A stretch of 64,000 nt of DNA, from assembly GCA_002320815.1 (NCBI GenBank), contig DCLA01000020.1, positions 3,497-67,496 of the forward strand, in the 5' to 3' direction. Both the position numbers and the translations under genes were made by a program. Shown piece by piece: positions 1-10,539 of this stretch (position 1 is the stretch's first letter; each line of letters opens with the position of its first letter). Source of the DNA: Myxococcales bacterium UBA1660 (GTDB lineage Bacteria > Myxococcota_A > Polyangia > Polyangiales > Houyiibacteriaceae). Below the pieces are notes generated by a model, which made no database searches, was not told the DNA's origin, and saw nothing but the letters and a program-made list of their open reading frames with translations.

Positions 1-1
1 G

Positions 2-1138
2 GAAGAGGGTGTCGTCTTCCGCGGCGTCTCCGCGGTGCGAGACGGCGCCCTGGACGAGGAGGCGCTCCGCGCGGTGCTCGAAGGCGGGCCCCACCCGGCG
101 CGACGCCCCGACGAGAACCTGGCCGATCTCGAGGCCCAGCTCGCCGCCTGCCACCGCGGTGCCCGCGAGCTCCTGGCCCTGGCCGCCAAGCACGGCGCGG
201 ACGCGGTGGCCGCCGACATGCGGGCGGTGGTCGACGACGCCGAGGCGGCGGTCGTGGAAGCCCTCCGCGCCATCGCGCCCGGCGAGCACACCTGGACCGA
301 GACCCTCGACGACGGGACGGTCATCGCCGTGCGCCTCGAGCGCCACGGGGAGCGGCTGACCGTCGACTTCACCGGGACCGACCCGGCGGTGGCCTCCAAC
401 CTCAACGCGCCCCGGGCGGTCACCGAGGCCTGCGTGCTCTACGCGATTCGGACGCTGGTCGGCCGGCCCATCCCGCTCAACGAGGGCTGCATGCGCCCGG
501 TGGATCTGGTCGTCCCGGCGGGCTCGCTGCTGGACCCGCCGCCCGACGCGGCGGTGGCGGCCGGCAACGTGGAGACCAGCCAGCGGGTCGTGGACGCCAT
601 CCTGGCGGCCCTGGGGCGGATGGCGCCCAGCCAGGGGACCATGAACAACCTGACCTTCGGCGACGGCACCTTCGGCTACTACGAGACCCTCGCCGGCGGG
701 ATCGGGGCCGGGGAGGGGCGCTCCGGTCCCTCGGCGACCCACGTCCACATGACCAACTCCCGGATCACCGACCCCGAGATCCTCGAACGACGCTACCCGG
801 TCCGGGTGCGTCGCTTCGCCGTCCGCCGCGGGAGCGGCGGGGAGGGCGCCTGGCCCGGCGGGGACGGGCTGGTCCGGGAGCTGGAGGCCCTGGCTCCGCT
901 CTCGGTGGCTCTGATCTCGGAGCGCCGCGCCGCCGGGGCTCGGGGCCTCGCCGGGGGCCACGCCGCGGTCCCGGGCCTCAACGAGGTCCTGCGCGCGGAC
1001 GGTTCGGTGGAGGTCCTCCCGGGGCGCGTCGAGGTCCAACTCGGCGTCGGCGATCGACTTCGTATCGCCACGCCGGGTGGAGGGGGCTATGGAAACCCCG
1101 GGGCGACGCCCAGCGCGCCGCCTCCCGCCGAGCGATGA
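2..1138 (+). CDS. 5-oxoprolinase / hydantoinase B family protein, C-terminal part (5' end outside window)
   Basis: Motifs [56 protein letters not shown]; frame is open back to position 2. Confidence 0.9.
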   Translation, partial: EEGVVFRGVSAVRDGALDEEALRAVLEGGPHPARRPDENLADLEAQLAACHRGARELLALAAKHGADAVAADMRAVVDDAEAAVVEALRAIAPGEHTWTETLDDGTVIAVRLERHGERLTVDFTGTDPAVASNLNAPRAVTEACVLYAIRTLVGRPIPLNEGCMRPVDLVVPAGSLLDPPPDAAVAAGNVETSQRVVDAILAALGRMAPSQGTMNNLTFGDGTFGYYETLAGGIGAGEGRSGPSATHVHMTNSRITDPEILERRYPVRVRRFAVRRGSGGEGAWPGGDGLVRELEALAPLSVALISERRAAGARGLAGGHAAVPGLNEVLRADGSVEVLPGRVEVQLGVGDRLRIATPGGGGYGNPGATPSAPPPAER

Positions 1139-1653
1139 CCCCCTGGCAGCGCCTCAAGAACCTCGTCGTCCATCAGATCCTGGGTGTCGCCGACACGCCC
1201 CACCGGATCGCGTGGGGCGTCGCCGTGGGGTCGGTGATCGCCTGGACCCCGACCCTGGGGTTCCAGATCATGCTCTACCTGGCCTTCGCCGCCTTGCTGC
1301 GGGCGAACAAGGTCAGCGGGATCCCGGTGCTCTTCATCAGCAACCCCTTCACCGCGGTGCCGCTCTATTGGCTGGCGTGGAAGGTCGGCGATCTGGCGCT
1401 CCACGGTGGCGAGTCGGAAGGGGGCATCAGCGCGGTCTCGCGAATGCAGGAGGCGGAAGCCGAGGCCGCGGAGACCGATCTGCTCACCGACATCTGGACC
1501 GCGGACTTCTGGGAGGACCTCGGCGAGACCTTGCTGTCCATGGGCGCCGAGCTCTGGCTCGGGGGCCTCATCCTGGGCGTGGCGATGGCCGTGCCCTTCT
1601 ACTTCCTCACGCTCTGGGCCGTGACCATCTACCGCCGCGCGCGCGGGACCTGA
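1135..1653 (+). CDS. DUF2062-family membrane protein
   Basis: TPHRIAWGVAVG..IAWTP..GFQ..ISNPFT pattern, two hydrophobic blocks; ATGA overlap with upstream stop. Confidence 0.75.
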   Translation: MTPWQRLKNLVVHQILGVADTPHRIAWGVAVGSVIAWTPTLGFQIMLYLAFAALLRANKVSGIPVLFISNPFTAVPLYWLAWKVGDLALHGGESEGGISAVSRMQEAEAEAAETDLLTDIWTADFWEDLGETLLSMGAELWLGGLILGVAMAVPFYFLTLWAVTIYRRARGT

Positions 1654-1657
1654 CGGC

Positions 1658-2416
1658 TCACTCGAAGCGGCCGTGCCGGCCGGCGCCGTCCCGAAAGCGC
1701 GCCGCGCCATCCACGGCCTCGGGGAGAGCCCGCTCGCCGTGGCGCAGCTCGTTCGCCAGGGCGGCCTCGAGGTCCAGGTCGTGCTGCTCGTACGCGCTCA
1801 GCCGATCGCCACGCAGGCACGTCTGGGGAAACGCCGCCACCGTCCGCGCGAGCTCCATGGCGACCTCGAGGGCCGCGCCGGGGGGCGCCACCCGGTTGGC
1901 GAGCCCCAGGGCCAGGGCCTCCCGGGCGTCCACGGGGCGCCCGGTGAGGATCAGGTCCAACGCCCGGGAGAGCCCGATGAGCCGGGGGAGGCGAACCGTC
2001 CCCCCGTCGATGAGAGGGACCCCCCAGCGACGACAGAATACGCCGAGCACTGCGTCCTCGGCGACCACCCGCAGGTCGCACCAGAGCGCGAGCTCCAGGC
2101 CGCCCGCCACCGCGTGGCCCTCGATGGCCGCGATCACCGGTTTGCCCAGGACCATGCGTGACGGCCCCATCGGTCCGTCGCCGTCGGGGGCCACCCGGTT
2201 GGTCCCTTCGCCGTCCGCGAGGGCCCGGAGGTCCGCGCCGGCGCAGAAGGTGCCGCCTCGCCCGTGGAAGACCGCCACGTGAGCCTCGGGATCGTCGTCG
2301 AAGGCCCGGAAGGCGGCGGCCAGGGCCTCGGCGGTGGCCCGGTCCACCGCGTTGCGGCGGTCGGGACGGTCGAGCGCGACCAGGGTGATGGGCCCATCGC
2401 GGTGGACGTGGATCAT
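1658..2416 (-). CDS. Enoyl-CoA hydratase / crotonase family protein
   Basis: FCAGADL, KPVIAAIEGHAVAGGLELALWCD, GVPLIDGGTVRLPRLIG. Confidence 0.9.
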   Translation of the reverse strand: MIHVHRDGPITLVALDRPDRRNAVDRATAEALAAAFRAFDDDPEAHVAVFHGRGGTFCAGADLRALADGEGTNRVAPDGDGPMGPSRMVLGKPVIAAIEGHAVAGGLELALWCDLRVVAEDAVLGVFCRRWGVPLIDGGTVRLPRLIGLSRALDLILTGRPVDAREALALGLANRVAPPGAALEVAMELARTVAAFPQTCLRGDRLSAYEQHDLDLEAALANELRHGERALPEAVDGAARFRDGAGRHGRFE

Positions 2417-2485
2417 GGGCCCGAGGGTACTCCTTCGGGAAGGAGGGTTCGATGTCGCGGCGTCGTCCCCTATGCTCCCGCGCCC

Positions 2486-4195
2486 ATGGACGTCCGCCGA
2501 AGTCTACCGGCCGCCCTCGCGGCCCTCTCGCTCCTCGTCTGGGGCTCGTTCGCCGAGGCCCAGACCGCCCCCGACGACTGCTCCACGCCCCGCCAGGCCG
2601 CGCGCACCTTCCTCGCCAACCTGCAGGCGGACTCGATGAATCCCGCCGTGGCCGCGCGTTGCTTCGCCTGGTCCGAGGCCGGCGTCCGCGGCGAGGCGCG
2701 GCAGGACGCGGCCCGAGATCTGCTCGCGGTCCTGGACCAGCGCGGCCACTACGTCGACCTGGAGGCCCTCCCGGACACCCCCGAGGTCGACGCCGAGACC
2801 TACGCCGACGGCAAGGTCCCGCTGACCCGGCGCCTCCCGGAAATCCACCTGGTCCGCGTGGGCGACGAGTGGCGCATCTCGGCCCAGAGCATCGGGCTCA
2901 TCCAGCCCCTTTACGACGAGACCTTCACCGTGGACGTGGAGTCCATGGTCGACCAGCTGCCGGGGTGGATGCGCGCCGAGCCGCTGCCGGGGGTGGCGCT
3001 CTGGCAGTTCTTCGGCCTCTTCGTGGTGCTCCTCGGCGGCATGCTGATCCGCTTCCTGGTCGCCCGGGTGCTCTTCAGCTGGGCCGGGCGGATCCTGAAG
3101 AAGCGGAACCTCAAGTTCGACTTCGAGGTGGCCCAGCGCGCGGCGACCCCCATCGGGACCCTGGCCATGGCGGCCTTCCTCTGGTGGCTCTTCCCGATGC
3201 TGCGTTTCAGCGTGCGGGTGAACCAGATCACCATGATCGCGCTGCGGGTCATCGCCGCCGCGGCGGCGGTGATGGTGCTCTATCGCCTCGTGGACTTCGG
3301 GGCCGACGTCTTCGCCCGGCGCGCGGAGAAGACCGAGACGAAGCTCGACGACCAGATCGTCCCCATGGTCCGCAAGACCCTCAAGGTCTTCGTCGTCGTG
3401 GTGGGGGTCATCTTCGTCCTACAGAACCTGGACGTCGACGTGGGCTCGCTCTTGGCCGGCGTCTCCCTGGGCGGTCTGGCGTTCACCCTCGCGGCCCGGG
3501 ACACGGTGGCCAACCTCTTCGGCAGCATCAGCATCTTCGCGGACCAACCCTTCCAGGTGGGCGACTGGGTGGTCATCGACGGGCACGAGGGCATCGTCGA
3601 AGAGGTGGGCATGCGCTCCACGCGGATCCGCACCTTCTACGACTCGGTCATCGCCATCCCCAACTCCGTCGTGGCCAACGCCGCCGTCGACAACTGGGGC
3701 AAGCGCCGCTACCGCCGCTGCCTGGTCACCCTGGGCCTGACCTACGACACTGCGCCCGACCAGATGCAGGCCTTCGTCGAGGGCATCCGCGCCATCCTCC
3801 AGGCCAACCCCAAGGTCCGCAAGGACTCCTACGAGGTCTGCTTCCGCGACTTCGGCGAAAGCGCCTTGGAGGTGATGGTCTACTTCTTCTTCCGCTGCGA
3901 CTCGTGGTCCGAGGAGCTGAAGCAGCGGCAGAACGTCTTCCTGGAGATCATGCGCATGGCCGAAGCGATCGGCGTGGACTTCGCGTTCCCGACCCAGACC
4001 CTGCACCTGGAGACCCGCGCCCGCGAACGCGAGATCCCCGCCCGGGCGCGGCCGTCCCGGGACGAGCTGAGCGACGTGGTCGCCGCCTTCGGGCCCAGCG
4101 GCGGGCGGTCCACCGCCGAGTCGCCGCTCTTGACCCAGGGCTTCTTCCCCGGCGGCGGGGTCGTCCGGGGTTCGGACGCCGAGGGCGATGGCTGA
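2486..4195 (+). CDS. Small-conductance mechanosensitive channel (MscS family) with periplasmic N-terminal domain
   Basis: Signal peptide at ATG 2486; GLAFTLAARDTVANLFGS, PFQVGDWV, GIVEEVGMRSTRIRT, IPNS, FAFPTQ. Confidence 0.9.
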   Translation: MDVRRSLPAALAALSLLVWGSFAEAQTAPDDCSTPRQAARTFLANLQADSMNPAVAARCFAWSEAGVRGEARQDAARDLLAVLDQRGHYVDLEALPDTPEVDAETYADGKVPLTRRLPEIHLVRVGDEWRISAQSIGLIQPLYDETFTVDVESMVDQLPGWMRAEPLPGVALWQFFGLFVVLLGGMLIRFLVARVLFSWAGRILKKRNLKFDFEVAQRAATPIGTLAMAAFLWWLFPMLRFSVRVNQITMIALRVIAAAAAVMVLYRLVDFGADVFARRAEKTETKLDDQIVPMVRKTLKVFVVVVGVIFVLQNLDVDVGSLLAGVSLGGLAFTLAARDTVANLFGSISIFADQPFQVGDWVVIDGHEGIVEEVGMRSTRIRTFYDSVIAIPNSVVANAAVDNWGKRRYRRCLVTLGLTYDTAPDQMQAFVEGIRAILQANPKVRKDSYEVCFRDFGESALEVMVYFFFRCDSWSEELKQRQNVFLEIMRMAEAIGVDFAFPTQTLHLETRAREREIPARARPSRDELSDVVAAFGPSGGRSTAESPLLTQGFFPGGGVVRGSDAEGDG

Positions 4196-4715
4196 GGCGA
4201 ACGAGCCCGAGGTCGCTTCGCCCGCGCCGTCGCGCGCCGCGGTGTGGCGACGCCGAGTCCTCGAGTTGCTCCTCTTCGCCGCCGCGGTCTACGGCCTCCA
4301 TCGATGGCAGACCCGCGGCGCGGCGAGCGGCGACGCGCCGGCCCTCGCCGGGGTGGACCTCGCCGGTCGACCGGTGCGACTGGAGGGGCCCGCGGTGGTG
4401 CACTTCTGGGCCACCTGGTGCGGCGTCTGCGAGGCCATGGACGACAATGTCGCCGCCCTGGCCGAGGACCATCGGGTGATCACCGTCGCCAGCCGCTCCG
4501 AGGGCCCCGACGCCATCCGCGCCCACCTGACCGAAGAGGGCCTCGACGGCGCGTTTTCGGTGATCGCCGATCCCACCGGGGCGCTCGCCGCCCGGTGGGG
4601 CGTCGACGCCTATCCGACCACCTTCGTCGTCGACGAAGCCGGCGAGATCCGCTCGGTCACCGTCGGCTACACCACGACCGCGGGTCTGCGCGCTCGCGCC
4701 GCGCTGGGCGAGTAG
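4188..4715 (+). CDS. TlpA/ResA-like thioredoxin (membrane-anchored redoxin)
   Basis: FWATWCGVC active site, WGVDAYPTTFVVD, N-terminal TM segment; overlaps mscS stop. Confidence 0.85.
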   Translation: MAEANEPEVASPAPSRAAVWRRRVLELLLFAAAVYGLHRWQTRGAASGDAPALAGVDLAGRPVRLEGPAVVHFWATWCGVCEAMDDNVAALAEDHRVITVASRSEGPDAIRAHLTEEGLDGAFSVIADPTGALAARWGVDAYPTTFVVDEAGEIRSVTVGYTTTAGLRARAALGE

Positions 4716-4787
4716 GGAACCTTTCGCGCCGCCGCAGGTCCGCCTGGGGGCCGCCGTGGTGTAGTACGGGGCTCGGAGGAGAGACGG

Positions 4788-5669
4788 ATGCGGACCTGGC
4801 GAATCGGAGCGTGGGTGATGGTCGTGGCGCTGGCGGCCCTGGCGGGGTGCGAGCCGGAGGGCGCACCCGGCGCGCGGAAGGCGCTCCTCGAAGAGCACGT
4901 GCCCCGGGTGAAGGCGATCCTGCGCGAGGACCGGGAGAAGCACTGGGAGGCGATCCAGGAAGCGGCCAGCCGCCTGGCGCCCGGCTTCCAGGTGGAGGAC
5001 CCCGCGACCCGGGAAGCGCAGATGCGCACCGCCCTGAAGCGGGTCCAGGAGCTCCCCCGGGGGATCGCGGGCCTCGTGGTCTCGCCGATCACCTTCCTCG
5101 CCGCCGTGGACGCGCAGGGCCTGGTGATCGCCCGGGACGTCGACGACGCCGACGACCGCATGCAGGGCCAGGACTTCGCCGAGCGCTTCGCGCCGGTGCG
5201 CGCGGCGCTGGAGTCTGGGCAGCCCCAGCGGGGCCTGGTGACCTTCGAGACCGAGGAGAACGCCGAGGCCGACGTGAACCGCTCGAGCTGGCTCTTCGTG
5301 GCCCCGGCGCGTCGCGGCGGTGAGGTGGTCGGCGCGGTCGTCGCCGGCATCCCGCTCTGGCGCATGGCCCAGCGCCTCAGCCGGCAGCTCCGCGTCGAGC
5401 TGGCCCAGGAGATCGAGCAGGGTCTGATCGTCTGGGCGCTGATGCTCGACGGCGACCAGTTGGTGGTGCCGCCCGACGCCCCGTCGGAGATCGCTGGCGA
5501 GCTGCCCTCGGGCGCGGAACTCCGCCAGCGGCTCGGCGACGGGCCGGGGTACACCGGCGAGCTCCAGGCCTTCCAGAAGTGGTACGGGTACGCCGTCGTC
5601 CCGGTGCCGTCGGTGGGAGAGGGCGTGGCCCTGGTGGTCCTGCGCGCGGGCGAAGGCGCCGACGAGTAG
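4788..5669 (+). CDS. Lipoprotein with Cache-like sensor fold and no output domain
   Basis: Lipobox LAGC; FLAAVDAQGLVIARD..VRAALESG..LFVAPARRGGEVVGAVVAG resembles a Cache/PDC module; SD GGAGGAG upstream. Confidence 0.55.
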   Translation: MRTWRIGAWVMVVALAALAGCEPEGAPGARKALLEEHVPRVKAILREDREKHWEAIQEAASRLAPGFQVEDPATREAQMRTALKRVQELPRGIAGLVVSPITFLAAVDAQGLVIARDVDDADDRMQGQDFAERFAPVRAALESGQPQRGLVTFETEENAEADVNRSSWLFVAPARRGGEVVGAVVAGIPLWRMAQRLSRQLRVELAQEIEQGLIVWALMLDGDQLVVPPDAPSEIAGELPSGAELRQRLGDGPGYTGELQAFQKWYGYAVVPVPSVGEGVALVVLRAGEGADE

Positions 5670-5732
5670 GGCGCGACCCGGGCCACGGGCCCGACCGCTC
5701 GCGCCCAAACGCACGCCGCACCCCGTCCGGGG

Positions 5733-5785
5733 TTGACGGCGGAGCTCGTTCGGCCCAGGCTTAGACCACTGGTCGAACCAGTGGT
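5733..5785 (+). promoter_or_regulatory. sigma70-like promoter (TTGACG-N17-CAGGCT) and palindromic TetR operator ACCACTGGT-cga-ACCAGTGGT (5765-5785)
   Basis: Perfect 9-bp inverted repeat ending 11 nt before the tetR ATG. Confidence 0.65.
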
Positions 5786-5796
5786 TCAAAAGCGTC

Positions 5797-6417
5797 ATGC
5801 CGCCCCTCCCGAGATTCGAGAAGCTCCCCCTCGCCAAGCGCCGCGCCATCCTCGCGGCCGCCGCCGCCGAGTTCGCCGAGCACGGCTTCGAGGCCGCGTC
5901 GTTCAACCGAATCATCGCCGCCGCGGGAATCAGCAAGGGCGCGATGTACTACTACTTCGCCGACAAGGCGGACGCCTACGCCGCCGTGCTGGACGACGTC
6001 TTCGCGCGGATGGACGAGGCCCTGGGATCGCTCCCGGAGCCGACCACGGCCGACGAGTTCTGGAGCACCGTCGCCGCCGGCACGGCGCGGCTCGACGAGA
6101 CGATCTTCAGCGATCCGCAGCTCGCGGCGCTCGCTCGTAGCCTCTACCGCGGCGGGGACACCAACCCCGCCCACCGGCACCTGATGGCCGCGAGCCGGTC
6201 GCGGGTGGAGCGGATCCTCGCGCGCGGCCAGGCCGTCGGCGCGGTCCGAAAGGACCTCCCCCAGGACCTCCTCGCCGAGGCCACCACGGGCTTGCTCACC
6301 GCGGTGGACCGCTGGTTCGTCGAAGCGCTGGAGGACCGCCCCCTGATCGAGCTCCTCCCGCTCGTTCCCCCGTTGCTCGGGATGGCGCGCGCGCTGCTCG
6401 CGCCTCCCGAAGCCTGA
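5797..6417 (+). CDS. TetR/AcrR family transcriptional regulator
   Basis: AEFAEHGFEAASFNRIIAAAGISKGAMYYYFADK helix-turn-helix. Confidence 0.92.
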   Translation: MPPLPRFEKLPLAKRRAILAAAAAEFAEHGFEAASFNRIIAAAGISKGAMYYYFADKADAYAAVLDDVFARMDEALGSLPEPTTADEFWSTVAAGTARLDETIFSDPQLAALARSLYRGGDTNPAHRHLMAASRSRVERILARGQAVGAVRKDLPQDLLAEATTGLLTAVDRWFVEALEDRPLIELLPLVPPLLGMARALLAPPEA

Positions 6418-6439
6418 CCCCACCGAGAAGGAGCCCGCC

Positions 6440-7708
6440 ATGGAAGCCGTCGTCCCCGAGTCCCCCCGCCGCCCCCTGCGCATCGCCGTTCATGGCGCGG
6501 GGGTGGCCGGACCCACGTTGGCCTGGTGGCTCCGCCACCACGGCCACGAGCCGGTGCTCTTCGAGAAGGCCCCGGCCCTGCGCACCGGTGGCTACGTGAT
6601 CGACTTCTGGGGCACGGGCTACGACGTGGCCGAGCGGATGGGGCTCCTGCCCGCCATCCACGCCGCGGGCTTCCAGGCGGAGGAGCTGCGCGTCGAGGAC
6701 GCCGACGGGCGGCGCCGCGCCGCGATGGGTCTCCGAACCTTCCTCGAGGTCACCGACGGCCGCTACACCAGCATCCAGCGCGGCGAGCTGGCGCGGATCG
6801 TCTGGGAAGCCTGCGCCGGGATCGAGACCCGCTTCGGCACCTCCATCGACGCCCTGGAGCAGCGTCCGGACGGAGTGCGCGTCCATTCCGCGGGCCGCGC
6901 GGAGACCTTCGATCTGGTGGTCGGTACCGACGGGCTCCACTCGCGGATCCGCACGCTCGCGTTCGGTCCGGAGGAGGACTACCTCCACCCCCTCGGGCTG
7001 CACGTCGCGGCGTTCCGGGCCCGGGGAACCAGCCCGCGCGACCCGCGGCGCTTCGTGGTCCACACGCGACCCGGTCGGCAGCTCGGCCGCGTGGCCTGCG
7101 GCGAGGACGAGACCGCGTTCATCTTCATCTGGCGCGACGAGTCGGACCCCATCGCGGTGGGCATCGGCGAGGGCGATTCGAGCGACCCCGTGGCCACCGT
7201 CGAGCGCGTCTTCGCCGACATGGGTTGGGAGTGGCCGGCCATCCGCGAGCTCCTCCGCGCGGCGCCCGAGGTCTACCTCGACGGCGTCAGTCAGATCCGG
7301 ATGGAGCGCTGGACCCGGGACCGGGTGGCCCTCGTGGGCGACGCCGCCGCCTGCGTCTCGCTCCTGGCCGGGGAGGGGACCGGGCTGGCGATGACCGAAG
7401 CCTACGTCTTGGCCGGCGAGCTGAGCCGCGCCCCGCACCCCGAGGCTTTCGCCGCTTACGAGGAGCGCCTCCGCCCGCTCCTCCAGGCCAAGCAGGCAGC
7501 GGCTCCTTCGTTCGCGGGCTTCTTCGCGCCCCGGACCCGGGCCGGGCTCTTCGCCCGGGACTGGGCGGTGCGGCTCTCCAATCTCCCCGGCCTGGCGCGA
7601 CTCTTCGCCGGCGCGTCGTTGCGCGACGATTTCGACCTGCCGGACTACCCGTCACCCGCGCCGGGGCACCCCCGGGAGATCGCGATGCCCCATCCGGCTC
7701 CACTCTGA
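6440..7708 (+). CDS. FAD-dependent monooxygenase
   Basis: GAGVAG dinucleotide fold, DLVVGTDGLHS, VGDAAACVSLLAGEGTGLA. Confidence 0.9.
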   Translation: MEAVVPESPRRPLRIAVHGAGVAGPTLAWWLRHHGHEPVLFEKAPALRTGGYVIDFWGTGYDVAERMGLLPAIHAAGFQAEELRVEDADGRRRAAMGLRTFLEVTDGRYTSIQRGELARIVWEACAGIETRFGTSIDALEQRPDGVRVHSAGRAETFDLVVGTDGLHSRIRTLAFGPEEDYLHPLGLHVAAFRARGTSPRDPRRFVVHTRPGRQLGRVACGEDETAFIFIWRDESDPIAVGIGEGDSSDPVATVERVFADMGWEWPAIRELLRAAPEVYLDGVSQIRMERWTRDRVALVGDAAACVSLLAGEGTGLAMTEAYVLAGELSRAPHPEAFAAYEERLRPLLQAKQAAAPSFAGFFAPRTRAGLFARDWAVRLSNLPGLARLFAGASLRDDFDLPDYPSPAPGHPREIAMPHPAPL

Positions 7709-7772
7709 GCCGCCGCTCGGCCGCGCTCCGAGCCCGCTCGCGCGCTGGACCTCCGTGCGGTAGGACCTGGCC

Positions 7773-10532
7773 ATGATTCGCCCGAGCGCTCGGCTCCTCT
7801 TCGTCTCCCTGGTCCTCGGCTGTGGGGGTTCGGCCGCCGTCCAGCAGAGCTCGGTCGTCACCGACGAAGCGCCGCCCGCGCCGGCCCCCGCCGCGGAAGG
7901 CGCCGCGCCGGCCGAGGGCCGGCTCCCCCGGGGCGTGCAGCCGACCCGCTACGGCCTCGATCTGACCATCGACCCGCGCGAGAGCCACTTCTCCGGGGTG
8001 GTCACCATCGACGTCGAGCTCGCCGAGGCGCGCCGGGTTCTCTGGCTGCACGCGATGGACCTGGAGATCACCGAGGCGGTCTTCCAGCCGCTCCTCGCCT
8101 CGGGGGACTTCGGTCCGACGCGAACGGGCGCCATGACCCAGGCCGAGGACGAGAACGGCTTCGCCTCGCTCGCCTTCCCCGAGCCGGTCGAGGGTGAGGG
8201 GCGCCTGGTCATCGCCTACCGCGCGCCCTTCGGGGCGGCCCTCGGCGGCATCTACAAGGTGGAGCACGGCGGCGAGGCCTACGCCTTCACCCAGATGGAG
8301 CCTCTCTCGGCCCGGACGGCGTTCCCCTGCTTCGACGAGCCGGCCTTCAAGACGCCCTTCGACGTCACCCTGCACGTGGACGCCGAGCACTTCGCCGCCG
8401 CCAACGCGCCGCTCGCGTCGCGCAGCGAACCCGACGGAGAGGGCCGCGCGACGGTTCGTTTCGAGACCACCCCGCCGATCTCGACCTACCTCTTCGCCCT
8501 GGCCGTGGGCCCCTTCGACGTCGTGGAGGGAGAGCCCATCCCCGCGAGCGAGGTCCGCGCCGAGCCGCTGCCCTTCCGCGGGTTGGCCCCGAAGGGCCGC
8601 GGCGCCGAGCTGGCCTACACCATGGAGCACACCCCGGCGATCCTCGCCGAGCTCGAGGGCTACTTCGGCGTCCCGTACCCCTATGGGAAGCTGGACATGG
8701 TCGCGGTGCCGGACTTCGAGGCCGGCGCCATGGAGAACGTCGGGCTGGTGACCTTCCGGGACACCATCCTCCTGGTCGACGAGGCCCGGACCCCGACCCG
8801 GCGCATGCGCTTCTGGGCCTACATCGTGGCCCACGAGCTGGCCCACATGTGGTTCGGCGATCTGGTCACCATGGAGTGGTGGGATGACCTCTGGCTCAAC
8901 GAGGCCTTCGCGAGCTGGATGGAGCACCGGGTCGTCGCCGGCTGGCGTCCGGCCTACGAGGCCGACGTGGAGCTCCTGCAGTGGGTGACCCGCGTGATGG
9001 ACGAGGACAGCCTGAGCAGCGCCCGGGCCATCCGGCAGCCCATCGCCTCGAGCCACGACATCCACAACGCCTTCGACGGCATCACCTACGGCAAGGGCGC
9101 CGGCGTGCTGGCCATGTTCGAGCGCTCGCTCGGTGAAGACGCCTTCCGCGAGGGGATCCGCGCCTACGTGCGCGCCCACGCCGAGGGCAACGCCACCGCC
9201 GAGGACCTCTTCCGCGCTCTCGCCCAGGCGGCGGGCCGGGAGGTCCAGGCCCCCTTCGACACCTTCGTGACCCAGACCGGTGTCCCGCTGGTCGGCGCGA
9301 CGCTGACCTGCGGGGACGATGGCGCGAGGGTGGAGCTCACCCAGAGTCGCTACCGCCCGGTGGGCTCGCCGGCGACCGAGGATCGCCAGTGGCAGATCCC
9401 CGTGTGCGTGCGCCATGGACAGCGGCGCGGCGAGCCCGCGGTCACCTGCGGCATGCTCACCGAGGCCACCGGCTCCATCGCGCTGGAGTCCTGCCCGGCG
9501 TGGATCCACCCCAACGCCGACGGCATCGGCTACTACCGCTGGGCCCTGGACGACGCAGGCCTCGCCGCCCTCCGCGAGCAGGGGCTCGCCCGGCTCACCA
9601 CCGCCGAGAAGCTCTCGTTGGTCGACTCGCTCGAGGCGGCCTTCACCGCCGACCGCGCCGAGCCCGGCGCCGTCCTGGACGCGCTCCTCGCGCTCGCCCG
9701 GGACGACCACCACACGGTCGCGGCGGCGCCGCTGGGCCTCTACGCCACCCTCCTCGACCAGCACCTCGACCAGGCCCAGGCCGACCGGTTCCGCGCGCGT
9801 CTCCGCCGCGCCTACGGCGCCGAGGGGCGCCGCCTGGGGTGGGCGGCGCGCGGGGGCCGCACCGAGAGCGAAGACGTCCGGCTGCGCCGAGCGGCCATCG
9901 TCGGCTTCCTGGCGATCGACGCCGAAGATCCGCAGGTCCGACGAGAGGGCGAGCGGCGCGGCCGCGCCTACGTGCGCTGGGGGACCGAGGACGCCACCGT
10001 CGACCTCGAGGCCGTATCGGCCGACCTGGCCCAGGCGGCGCTCACCGTCGCCATCCAGGAAGGCGACGCCGCCTTCTTCGAGCACGTGATGGGGGTCCTC
10101 GCCCGCACCGAGGACGGCGTGGTCCGCGGGAACCTCCTGCGCGCCCTCGGGGCCACCCGGGACCCGGAGCTCGGCGCGCGCGTCCTCGCGCTGGCGCTCG
10201 ACCCCGCGCTGCGGGTCAACGAGGTCATGGTCCCGGTGGCGCGGCAGATCGCCGAGCCCGCCACCCGCGATGCGGCCTGGACCTGGGTCCAGGCGCACTT
10301 CGACGAGCTGGTCGCGCGCCTTCCCCCCGGCTACGCCGGGTACCTGCCCATGCTGATGGACGACGCCTGCGACCCCGCGACGGCCGAGGCGGTGGAGGCG
10401 TTCTTCGGCTCGCGGGTCGAAGCGCTGCCCGGCGGACCCCGCAACCTCGCCGCGGTGACCGAGTCCATCCGGCTCTGCGGCGCCCTCCACGAGGCCCAGG
10501 GCGCCGAGCTCGCCCGGTGGCTGGAGCGCTGA
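7773..10532 (+). CDS. M1 family aminopeptidase (PepN-like, ERAP1-C domain), probable lipoprotein
   Basis: GAMEN and HELAH..W..WLNE zinc motifs, ITYGKG; lipobox VLGC. Confidence 0.95.
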   Translation: MIRPSARLLFVSLVLGCGGSAAVQQSSVVTDEAPPAPAPAAEGAAPAEGRLPRGVQPTRYGLDLTIDPRESHFSGVVTIDVELAEARRVLWLHAMDLEITEAVFQPLLASGDFGPTRTGAMTQAEDENGFASLAFPEPVEGEGRLVIAYRAPFGAALGGIYKVEHGGEAYAFTQMEPLSARTAFPCFDEPAFKTPFDVTLHVDAEHFAAANAPLASRSEPDGEGRATVRFETTPPISTYLFALAVGPFDVVEGEPIPASEVRAEPLPFRGLAPKGRGAELAYTMEHTPAILAELEGYFGVPYPYGKLDMVAVPDFEAGAMENVGLVTFRDTILLVDEARTPTRRMRFWAYIVAHELAHMWFGDLVTMEWWDDLWLNEAFASWMEHRVVAGWRPAYEADVELLQWVTRVMDEDSLSSARAIRQPIASSHDIHNAFDGITYGKGAGVLAMFERSLGEDAFREGIRAYVRAHAEGNATAEDLFRALAQAAGREVQAPFDTFVTQTGVPLVGATLTCGDDGARVELTQSRYRPVGSPATEDRQWQIPVCVRHGQRRGEPAVTCGMLTEATGSIALESCPAWIHPNADGIGYYRWALDDAGLAALREQGLARLTTAEKLSLVDSLEAAFTADRAEPGAVLDALLALARDDHHTVAAAPLGLYATLLDQHLDQAQADRFRARLRRAYGAEGRRLGWAARGGRTESEDVRLRRAAIVGFLAIDAEDPQVRREGERRGRAYVRWGTEDATVDLEAVSADLAQAALTVAIQEGDAAFFEHVMGVLARTEDGVVRGNLLRALGATRDPELGARVLALALDPALRVNEVMVPVARQIAEPATRDAAWTWVQAHFDELVARLPPGYAGYLPMLMDDACDPATAEAVEAFFGSRVEALPGGPRNLAAVTESIRLCGALHEAQGAELARWLER

Positions 10533-10539
10533 GGCCGGC

